A program made the position numbers and the translations under genes. This document shows positions 25,183 to 36,037 of a DNA stretch of 64,000 nucleotides, piece after piece. Position 1 is the stretch's first letter, and the number at the start of each line of letters is the position of its first letter. This stretch comes from Podospora anserina. Taxonomy: Eukaryota. Location: assembly GCA_017654855.1 (NCBI GenBank), contig CM030334.1:3286001-3350000 (forward strand), given 5' to 3'. The notes beneath the pieces are model-generated. The model saw only the letters and a list, made by a program, of their open reading frames with translations, was not told where the DNA came from and searched no databases.

Positions 25183-27116
25183 TGAGCGACGAAAGCGGCA
25201 GGAGGGTGGCGCCGTGGATTTATATTCCTCTTTTGCTGTGTAGATGCGGTGAAACAAAGACAGACCGGAAGGAGATCACGGGCCCTGGGCTGGCGTGTCT
25301 GGGGAGCAACAATGCCGCCGCTCGTCAGAAGCCCCCCCGGTTGGATGGCTCAGCCGCCAAACTGGAGATTGGGACCAGCAGCGACCCGCCCGAGGGAATC
25401 CCACAAGCCCGCCGGGCCTCCGTACGCAACACGCAGTGGCTTTGGACCCTGTCGCGCGCACACTTGGGCATGTTGCCTCTCGCTACTATTGAACCCACGA
25501 TGCGAAGCCTCTTTCTCATGAATGGCAATCCCAGTTGCCGCTTAATTGGCTGTGTAAATGCAGTCAACACATCCTGGAACCCGAAATCTCTGCCAGTCTT
25601 TTCCTTGCCACTCGCCGTCCAGCTTCTCTCTTCTCTCTGTTGAGTGAGGTTTGCACAGCCACGACGGCACATGGGCACAACAGGACCACAGACACCTCCT
25701 CCTGGATCTTCTGGCAACTCTGGCAGGTTTCGGGCCCATCGGGACGTCCGCCCATCCAGATCGCATTTCCCGATCCCGTAGTGTCTGATTCTCGAGGCGG
25801 TTCCAGAATCCTCACTCACCACCATCACTGCCTCCCTAGACAACAAAAAACACCAACACACGGCGTCTTTTCCATCTGGTGAGCCAAGGTTGTCCAGGAG
25901 GACATGCTCAGCCCGGCTCACGCCACCTCATCAGTATCGACAAATGTCTAGAGTCTTTTACACCGTCTTCACTGCCATGACTCTTCACCATATCCACCAC
26001 CGATAAACATGCGAGAAATGGGACAATAAACAGCCACGCCAAGGCTAGACTTACTTTCCTGTTCTGTTTGCCGGGATCATACCTCCCATACAACAACAAA
26101 CATCGCTGACACGAGCTGTGTGTTCATCCCTACTGTACGAGATGCCCAGGAAGGAAGCCAGGCACAAAGCTAGCCATATCCCAGCTCTTATGCCAAACCT
26201 AATCCGCGACTCTGTCGTGTCGGTTCATAAAGCTTACCGCACACACTCACACTGCCAGCAGTCCATCACCCAAGACTTGCGTAAGAGGCTCTCCATGCGC
26301 CGATCATCGATCATCAGCCAGCAAATGCAGACCGAAGGCGCAGCTGGCCAGACTTCCACGTGTATTTTCCAGCCCTTCTAGATTCTGTAGGAACATTTTG
26401 ACAACTCATTTGGTCGTCATCATGACCATTCCCAACTCGGGCTAGACAGGTGAACTCATGAACCACCACCTCACCTTTACCGCAGTCCAAGGTGAAAAAT
26501 ACCACCATCCCTCAGCATCACCATATCCTCCCCAAAGGCAGGTGATGCCGAGATAATAAAACAGCCAACTCAACCCGATCTCCTGGAAACAGGTCTCCAC
26601 TTTTTTTGCACTGCCCAGATAGGGAACTGGACTTACACGCACAACACAGGGCCATGCTCTCTCACCACCGCTGCATCGTCAGGTGGTATGTCTTTTCCGG
26701 ATCTACATCGTCCGGTTTCTAGTTTTCTACTAGATATTTTTCATATCATATATACGTACATGCATTTGAGTAGGAGATGGTATAGGTAACACCATGGTTG
26801 CATGTATGCACCCTTTTTCTCCCCCGCATGTTTTGCAGACCGGTATCCGAGCGTCCGGGTGGCTGAGCAGCATCAAGCCCACACAGACACTCTCCTGAAA
26901 TCAACACCACCACACCAGAACCCCCTCCTCACTGGTGTTTGGTGATGATCATGACCAGAGACAATAGTTGTAGACATGCCAAGATTCCCCCAAACACCAT
27001 CAACCCTCCCTTGTTGTTTTAGTGATGTCTATATAACCATAACCACTCGTCTCAAAACGCCACCAAACCCTCGCTATTCTCTCCTTCTTGAAACATCTCC
27101 TCATGTTGATACAGAA

Positions 27117-28706
27117 TCACCTAATCTCAACCCCCAACCTCCCCACCATCTCCCCCTTCACCCTCTCATGCAACCCATTCGCCTCCTCATTCGTCAACGT
27201 CCTCTCCAAGCTCCGATAATTCACCCTATAGCAAAAACTCCTCCTCCCCGTCTTGGGATGCGTAAAGCTATCCATCAAGACCACATCCTCCACCACATCC
27301 CCGCAAACATCTCTCACCACCTCCATCAAATCATTCTCATGCCACTCCTCGCCCTCCCTCCCCTTCCCCCCCGCCGCCGCAGCCCCCGTGCTCCCAGCCG
27401 GCAACCAAAAGCTGACATCCTTGTAACAAGCCGGATGCCTACTAAACCCCACAAACGGCCTCAGTTTCCCCAAATCCCCCTCCACCCCTCTAAACTGCCC
27501 CAAAAACCTCTCGTCCTGCGACCAAAACAACCTGATATCAGGTATCTGAAAAAGCAACATTGCAATCCTCTCCAGCCCCAAGCCAAAAGCCCAGCCTATT
27601 TGATTGGGAACACCCGCGTCGTTAAGGATGTGTTGTTGACTCACCCCACACCCCAAAACCTCCAGCCAACCCCCCTGATACCAAACCTCCATCTCCCAAC
27701 TGGGGCTCGTGAAAGGAAAGTAAGCCTCCACCCATCTAACCTTCAACGGCTCCCCATCCTGCTCTTTCACCCCCGCCCGGGCGTGAGACTCCTTCACCCG
27801 TTTAAAAATCTCCGCCACCATCAATTCCAGAGATCGCTTCAGATGCTTCCCCACCGCCTCTGCCTCCTCAGGGGTGTGGGATGGCTGTAAGGGGTTACGC
27901 TCCGGGTGAAAAGGGGGGTTGGGGTCCTCGATGATCATTTCATGTTTCGGTAGGGCGTCCAAATCTCTGTGTACAGCCGCCACGATGTCACCGTTCGGGA
28001 CCGTGTTGCGGTCCCAGACCCGGGCGCCTTCCATCTGGTGAAAGACGGGGTAGTGGGACTTGTCGATTTCGTCTCTTCTGTAGACATCAGCCGAGATGAG
28101 GTATCCCGGGGATTTCGACGCGGCGAATAACTCCGCCTCGTGGGCCGACGTGTGCGTCCGTAGCAAGGTGGTAGAGTTGATGTAATAAGTGTCGGTTTTT
28201 GCTCTGCCGGGGTGGTTGGGCGGAAACCCCAACGAGTCAAAATTCTCGTGGGTCGTAACCACAGGGTCGAGGTTGTTGTAGCTGAGGTAGGTGGGGGAGG
28301 GGAACACGGATTCGATGATTTGGCGGGTGATGGACACGGGGTGGTCTTTTTGGAGGTGCAGCTTCCGGGAGGTGAGGTTGAGGATCGTGGACGAGACGTT
28401 GAACCATTCGGCGTCGACGGGGTAAGTTTTGGAGGTTATGGTTACTTCTTTGGGGAGTTCTATTTTTCACAGCGAACATATCAGTGGTTATTCGCGGTTT
28501 ATAAAGGTCAAGAAGTAAACTGTATTGGCTGTCTAACCTGGCCTGGTCGAGTACTGTGCCCTCCACCACCTCGCTGCTGGCGCCGTCACTGTCGCTGGTA
28601 ATGGCCGCAACGGACTGCTCTGTCGTACCGCTCTCGAAATCACCGACCGACTGCCGACCCTCGCCAGAAGCCCGCCGGCGCAGGCCATTCCTCGAGGTCC
28701 GATCAT
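27117..28706 (-). CDS. MSF1: Mitochondrial phenylalanyl-tRNA synthetase; exons 28706-28538 and 28459-27117
   Basis: Presequence-like exon 1; ENFDSL, LLRTHTSAH, YRRDEID..HYPVFHQMEG, YFPFTSPS, WAFGLGLERIAM, C-terminal FDX anticodon-binding domain. 78-nt intron GTTAGA..TAG. Start could alternatively be the next Met (MACAGG). Confidence 0.95.
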
Positions 28707-29049
28707 GCTGGCGATGTCAAGTTGTGGTGGGGTGGGAGACCTCTCGCTACAACAGCTCAGCTTGAAGCTTGGGCGCCACGGCAGTATCAAGCTCAAAAAT
28801 TGGAGATCGTTCGAGGCGCGCGCCGAGAGACGGTGGCCCGGGCTCCACAAAACAGGGGTCCTCGATGCACGATGACATCTTTCTAGAAACGTTCTGTGGG
28901 GAACTTCTGATTGGCCAATTCCTCTCATGACGGCCTCGAAGGTTCCCAGCTCGACATGGAATTTATCTAGTCTTCACAAGTAACACGAACAAAAAGCTAG
29001 ACGGGGAATCTCTTTGTTTTATTATTTACTTTGCACTGCCCTCAACAAT

Positions 29050-30762
29050 TTACTTGGTAAGGGGCTTGCCATCCTTGATCTTCTGGAGGCCGTACTTCTC
29101 CAGGCGGATGGCCTGGATGGCAATGAAGCCAGAGGTGTCCATGGGGGAGAAGCCCTCAAGAGAGTCCATAGAAGCATCCTCCTGCGAGTAGAGGTTGCTG
29201 GCATCCGACTTGCGGCCAAGGACGTAGGCAGCGCCCTTGTAAACCGACATGCGGACCTCACCAGTAACGTTCTCCTGGGAGTAGACGAGGGAGTTCTCAA
29301 GGAACTCACGCTCGGGAGAGAAGTACATGCCGTTGTAGAGGCAGTGAGACCACTCAATCGTGACGAACTGGTCACGGAGCTTGCGAACCTTGGCGTCCAT
29401 GACAAGACCCTCAAGATCCAAGTGAGCAAGGCGGCTAGAATATTGTCAGTACATGATCGTGTCTCAATCGGGTTTTGCAGAAACATACGCAATGGTAAGA
29501 CCGGGGGTGTCGTAGCAGCCTCTGCTCTTGAGACCGATGAAACGGTTCTCAACAATATCGATTCTGCCAACACCGTTGTCGTGGCCAATCTTGTTCAGAA
29601 GCTTGAACAGAGCAACCGAGTCGGTAACCTCACCCTCGGGGGTGACAACCTTGGTGGGGATACCCTTCTCGAAGTGGATGGTGAAGTTGTAGGGAACATC
29701 GGGAGCGTCGGTAGGGTCGACGGTGCGGGTCCAGAGCTCCTTGGGGGGAGAGTGGTCGGGGTCCTCAAGGACACCAGCCTCGTACGAGCAGTGCACGAGG
29801 TTGTCATCCATGGACCAGGGAGCCTTGGGGCTGGAGGAGACGGGAATGTTGTTCTCGGCGGCGAACTTGAGGAGATCGGCACGGCCCTGGAACTTCTCGA
29901 TGAACTCGGGCATTCTCCAGGGGGCGATGACCTTCATCTTGGGGTTGCAAGCCTTGAAGGCAAGCTCGAAGCGGACCTGGTCATTCTAGACCTCGGAATT
30001 AGCATAACGTTACTTGGCATCTTCGAGTAAGCTGGCTTACGCCCTTGCCGGTGCAGCCGTGGCTGAGGATGTCGCAGTTGTACTGCTCAGCAACGCGGAC
30101 CTGAGCCCGGGCAATGATGGGCCGGGCGAGGGAGGTACCGAGGAGGTAGCGGTCCTCATAGATGGCGTTGCACTGGATGGCGCGGAAGACAATCTCCTCG
30201 ACAAACTCGCGCTGGAGGTCCTCAATCACCATGCGCTCGGCACCGAGAGCGAGGGCCTTCTTCTCGACCTCAGCCCAGTCCTCCTCCTGGCCAACATTGG
30301 CGAGGAAGCATACGACAGTGTAACCCTGTATTGTCCATGTCAGCACCTCTTCTTGGCGGGCATCATACCAGCTAGGAGCTGCCTACCTCGAGAATGAGCC
30401 ACTTGAGGATGGTGGAGGTGTCGAGACCTGTCAACCGAACTTGTCAGCTTCCCTTTCCGTCCGACACCCGTGCACGAAGTGACGCCGACAAGGTTCCCGG
30501 TGGACACCTCAACGAGACAGCAATTGGCCCTTTGCCCGCTCTGCGAACATGGAAGGTCAATCGAGCCCGTCATGCGTCTGCTCAAGCATAGAGACACAAA
30601 AATGAAGGCATTGGGCAACCGAATGGCTTACCTCCAGAGTAGGCGCTGTAAGCGGGGGTCAGCACCAGGCGTTTCCACACTGTTAAGCTTTTGGCGGGGA
30701 AGATGGATGGCAGGACTTGTAAGGAAATATATCACTTACAGACAGACACGACCCTTGGACAT
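29050..30762 (-). CDS. ARG1: Argininosuccinate synthase; exons 30762-30740, 30645-30632, 30427-30387, 30325-30041, 29985-29489, 29434-29050
   Basis: Spliced MSKGRVCLAYSGGLDTS, YLLGTSLARP, HGCTGKGNDQVRFE, ENRFIGLKSRGCY. Five canonical introns. Confidence 0.96.
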
Positions 30763-31451
30763 TTTGAATTTGTAGCAAAGTAACAAAGAGGAAGATGCTC
30801 GAGATGAATTCCGCAAGAGAGAGAGAAGCCCAAAAGTCCAAACAATGGAAGAAAGCGGAAACAAAAAAAATATGGAGTCACAGTCACACACACACACACA
30901 GATAGATAGCTGCAGCTCTTCTCTCTCCCCTCACCTCAGTGGTCTGACCCCTCCTATGACTCGAAGGCGGTCAAACTTTTTTTTGTTTTGCCCGGAAAGA
31001 CAAGGGATCCAGGCCCGATCCGATATCGCTAGCGCAGAGAGATAAGATAATCAACAGCGCCCGCTGCTACCCGCCATTTCCCTGTCGATTACGTAGTGGG
31101 ACCAACAAAAAGTGGAAAATTTCGATAAACCAAAAATTCCCACTGTTGGTTGAATTGATTGCAGCTGTGACATTTCTTATCGCCAATCTCACTTGGGACG
31201 ACCACTCTTTCGTCATACCTCGATCCGATCTTTCCAGAGTCAGTCGCAAAACATTGCTGCCGATGCCGGTATAGCTTCACTTTCAATTCGCTTGAAGCTA
31301 TTCACTTTTAGTGTTTAATACATAACACATAATTCTAATTCGGCAACGTTTTGGCGAAAAAGCTTTACACACACAGTCCGCGGGATGTTCTTGTTATAGC
31401 GACAACTCCAACTTTTCTACTTTTTGAGTGCGTCGCGACAGAGACGACAAG

Positions 31452-32588
31452 ATGGATGCCAAGAATAGCAGCGTACCTACACCAGTAGGTCCAGGCACAG
31501 AAACCACCAGCAAAAGAGACACCACCAACAAGATGTCCCTCTCACCACAACTAAAACAAAAACCAATCCACTACCCCTTCTGGTTCGGAGGCAGCGCATC
31601 CTCCATGGCCGCCTGCGTCACTCACCCCCTCGACCTGGGTTTGTTTACCACCCCCCTTACCCCCCCTTTTATCTCCTCCCATACTAACCCCCCGACAGTT
31701 AAAGTCCGCCTCCAAACCCGCTCGGGCTCCATGCCCACCACCATGTCCGGCACCTTCCTCCACATCCTCCGCAACAACGGCCTCACAGGCCTCTACTCGG
31801 GCCTCTCCGCCTCCCTCCTCCGCCAAATCACCTACTCCACCACCCGCTTCGGCATCTACGAGGAACTCAAATCCCAACTCGCCACCCGCTCCGGCGTTGA
31901 TCCAGTAACCCAAAAACCCAAACCGCCCTCCTTACCCATGCTCATAGCCATGGCCTCCGTCTCGGGGACTATAGGTGGAATAGCAGGCAACGCAGCCGAC
32001 GTCCTCAACGTCCGCATGCAGCACGACGCCTCTCTCCCGGAGCACAAACGGCGCAACTACCGGCACGCAGGTGACGGTCTGGTCCGGATGATCAGGGAAG
32101 AAGGCGTCGGCGCCCTCTTCCGTGGTGTCGGACCGAACTCGCTGCGAGCAGCGGCCATGACTGCCTCGCAATTGGCGTCTTACGACATCTTTAAGCGGAC
32201 TTTGATCAAGGTCGCAAAGATGGAGGACAACCTCGCGACGCACTTTAGCTCGTCCTTTCTTGCTGGCGTGGTCGCGGCGACGGTGACGAGCCCGATTGAT
32301 GTGATCAAGACGAGGGTGATGTCTGCGCACGGCAACCAGGGGCTGGGGCAGCTGCTGGGGGAGATTTATGCAAAGGAGGGGATGGGGTGGATGTTTAGGG
32401 GGTGGGTGCCGAGTTTTTTGAGGTTGGGGCCGTAAGTTTGTTTCTTTTCCTTTCCTTTCGAATGATGTACTGACGAGGGAAACAGACAAACGATTTGCAC
32501 GTTTTTGTTTTTGGAATCTCATCGCAAGTTTTATAGACGGGTTAAGGGGTTGGAGGAGGAGGAATTGCCTGCTGTGAACAAGTCGTAG
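31452..32588 (+). CDS. DIC1: Mitochondrial dicarboxylate carrier; introns 31639-31698 and 32432-32485
   Basis: YPFWFGGSAS..THPLDLVKVRLQ, LLRQITYSTTRFG, NVRMQ.D..LP...RRNY, SPIDVIKTR, PSFLRLGPQT. Start may be 31452 or 31533. Confidence 0.92.
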
Positions 32589-33583
32589 AGTAGGAGGGCA
32601 GCTTGGATTTTTTTTCTGCATTTTTGAGCGAAAACACAGCGGATTTTGATACTTTGTATCACAGCACACCACAGCAACAAAGAGGAGCATGGAACGTATA
32701 GACAAGACAAGACAAGACAGGAATCGATCCATAGAGCGGAGGAGGAAGGGAAAGGGGGACATCATCTTTATCAGTCAGTGTATTTGTATTTTTCTCTCGT
32801 ATACCATGGCAAGAGAGGGGGTAGGCATTTGTTTTTCGGCCAGGCAGGGAAGGGTGCGGCGTTCTGTCTTTTTGTCAGTTGGTATTCTTGTACACAAAAA
32901 GAGGGTCTGTGCAAACACACACATGTTGTTGGTTATCTTTTTATTTTATTTTATTTACCTCAAAGATGAAGCCTTTTGATACAAATTATATCTATGTACA
33001 AGTAACAAGGGACGCTGATTTTGGGTTTGGGTTGAGATACCCCCCAATGAAAACTGACTTTTCTTTATTGAGTCGCTCTCTCTCTCTCTCTCTTTCCCCC
33101 AAGAAACCTGTAATGAGCCTCCCCCCCTTCCTTTCCGGCCCAACCCCCCAAAACTCCGGCTGATGAAATACTCTACACGCTCAGCAGATAGCAGCAAAAT
33201 AACCCCCTCTTCTTCATCATCAAAAACCTCATATCCAGTTTTTGGTCCTCCAAGAGCAGCAAAAAAGCCCTCGCAATGTTATGAGAATGGATGAGTAGTA
33301 AAGGGGCTCGGCAAGGGTATTGATGCGGTGATTCGGGTGATGAGCAGTGAGTTCGGATTGCTGTGTGATGAATGATGAATGATGTGCGTGTGCTGGGTAT
33401 AGTATTGTACACAATAACAAGAAGCTGGTGAAGAAGATGGAAAGGCCGGCAACGCGCTGCCATAAAGCCCGGCTCTGTCGTTACCGGTGAGGCGATAATT
33501 TTGGCGTCGTATTGAGCTGTTTCCAACGTCATGACTCCCACCAGACCCGATTTACCAAGTCTGATCCTTTCTTGCTGCCTCAT

Positions 33584-34719
33584 TCAAGACCAACCGCCAC
33601 CGCCATAGGAAGTCTGCCCGCCGAATGGAGTGGTTCCGCCGCCGCCACCCCAGGCGCTCTGGTTCCCGCCATTTCCGCCGTAGGATGTCGAGTACCCATA
33701 GCCGGTGTCAGGACCGCTGTTGTAATCTGGGCTGCGGGGTCCGTCGTAGCCACCTTCACCCTCCCCTTCAGTCAACTCGTGAATCAGACCAGCGAGCTTT
33801 TGCTGGATGACCTTGATGCCCTCGGTGACGATTCCGTCTGGTGGCAGGTTACCGGCTGTCTCGACGTTGTAGTAAAAGTGGTTGGGGACGGCGTCAAAGT
33901 CGAAAGGCTCGCCTTCCACTGGTGGCTCTTCCCACTTGGCATACTCGCTAGGAGGCCTGTGACAGAGTGTGAGTGGCTGCTTTGCGACCAAAGATCAACA
34001 TAGAGCAAACTTACCATTCCGACTTGGGATCCTTCTCATACCAAAGGTCAAGATGGCGGAGCTTGTTGTGGGGGTCATATTCAAACCCGATGGCTGCGCT
34101 TGGTGCCCACTTCGCATGCTCCTTCGCAATGCCCTTCTTCGCGATACACTCGAGCTTGATCTCCTGCTCGGGGCGCAGCTTGAGAATGAGCGGCCCGGTG
34201 CCGTCCTTGTCGTTAATAACTGGCGTGCCCAGAGATTGATTTATGCGCTCGCCAACAGGTACCAAATCGCGCGCGGATACCGACATGTTCTCGTAGCCAG
34301 TGCACTTGGCATGGAGCGTGAGCTTCACGCTGCAGTTTTCGCAGTACTCTTCGCAGTCGCAGTCGCGGGAATAGAGGAGGTGCTCGACACCCTCGGCGTT
34401 GAGTGGGATAAGACCAAGACGGTGGGCGATGAATTCGTCAGCAAGAACCGAGCTGTTGCTTTCAATCTCGACCAAGTCGATGGCGATGGTTGGGATCTCG
34501 GCCAGCATGACGCGGCGCAGCGAGTTGGCGAACGAGATGTCGGCATTCTGGAGTTCGAACTTGACGCGGACCGAGTCGGCCTAGATATTCACGTCGCGTT
34601 TAGACACGAGTTGCCGTCTCACCAGCTGCCCGGACATTGCGACAACTACATACCTGCGAGATCTTGACGACGGGCCCGAGCGACTCGGCGTCATCCATTG
34701 CCATCGGATCGTAATCCAT
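33584..34719 (-). CDS. RPB3: RNA polymerase II subunit RPB3; exons 34719-34654, 34580-34015, 33956-33584
   Basis: ANSLRRVMLAEIPTIAID, DEFIAHRLGLIPL, Zn site CDCEEYCENC, KKGIAKEHAKWAP. Confidence 0.96.
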
Positions 34720-35256
34720 CTTGCCGGCTGTGTATTATCTCGCGCGATTTGTGTTTGCTTTCGGTTCGTAAAATGACAATCGCAAGGGCGCGTTTGTGTA
34801 GGTAGCAAGCAAGCAGGATGGAGCAGTGGTTAAATCGCAGAAAGAGTTGCTGTTGATGTGGAAGGCTACAGCAACAAGCGGATCCCAGCTCAGAAGTTTG
34901 GACAAGCCCTCCAAGTGAATGTGAGAGGCGCGCGACAAAGCGCCGATAAGATGCCTGCCCTGCGTTATCAGCACATGATTTCGCGGCGGGCCCGGCAGGT
35001 TACAGTGGGGCAGCATCTGGCAGACGCTTGACTGGTTTCGGCTGGGCGGGGCTCAGCGGGATCTGGGGAACAGCTCAAGGGCGGTCCGTCAGATGATCCG
35101 CTTTTTTTCTGACCTTGGCCCGGTTGAACGGCCCAACCAAAGCCGTCGTCATAAAATTTCTGGAAGGCAACACGCCATTGTATTGTAAAATTATAAAAAA
35201 GAGAGCATTGCCGTCCGTTGAGAGTTTCAGATAATACACCACATACAACCGCCATA

Positions 35257-36037
35257 ATGTTACGACAGACCATCGCCAACACTTCCCGGGCCCTCCGCTC
35301 CACCGCCAGGGCCGGCGCCCAAAGACAGCTCGCCAGACCCCAGTTCATCCAGTCACCAATTGCCGCAGCCGCCAGGACAGTGGCACCGAGGGCGAGATGG
35401 TACAGCGCTGAGGCCGAGAAGAAGGAGGCCGAGACCAAGAACGGAGAGGAGAAGGCTGCTGAGGAGACCGAGGAGGCCAAGCTCAAGAAGCAATTAGAGG
35501 CCAAGGAGGCCGAAGTTCGGGACTGGAAGGTACATACAGCCATACAACCTACCCCTGACTATGATCCCCTGCATATACTAACAACCATACCAGGACAAGT
35601 ACCTCCGCTCCGTTGCCGACTTCCGCAACCTCCAGGACCGGACTGCCCGTGAAATGAAGGCCGCCCGTGACTTCGCCATCCAGAAGTTCGCCAAGGACCT
35701 CGTCGACAGCGTTGACAACTTCGACCGTGCCCTCACCATGGTCCCCGAGGAGAAGCTCAAGTCCGAGGAGAAGTCTGCCCACCTCCAAGACCTCGTCAAC
35801 CTCTACGAGGGTCTCAAGATGACCGAGAACATCCTCCTCGAGACCCTCAAGAAGCACGGCCTCGAGCGATTCGACCCCCACGGCCTTCCCTTCAACCCCA
35901 ATGAGCACGAGGCCACCTTCATGACCCCCATGCAGGACAAGGAGCACAACACCGTCTTCCACACCCAGCAGAAGGGCTTCAAGCTCAACGGCCGCATCCT
36001 CAGACCCGCCAAGGTCGGCGTTGTCAAGAACAAATAA
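35257..36037 (+). CDS. MGE1: Mitochondrial GrpE nucleotide exchange factor; intron 35530-35593
   Basis: Presequence MLRQTIA.., KDKYLRSVADFRNLQ, FAIQKFAKDL, FNPNEHEA, GFKLNGRILRPAKVGV. Confidence 0.95.

Noticed and set aside
26976..27890. 304-aa Pro-rich + strand ORF opposite MSF1
   Set aside because: Product of the G-rich sense strand of MSF1.
29014..30030. 338-aa + strand ORF opposite ARG1
   Set aside because: Antisense shadow ORF.
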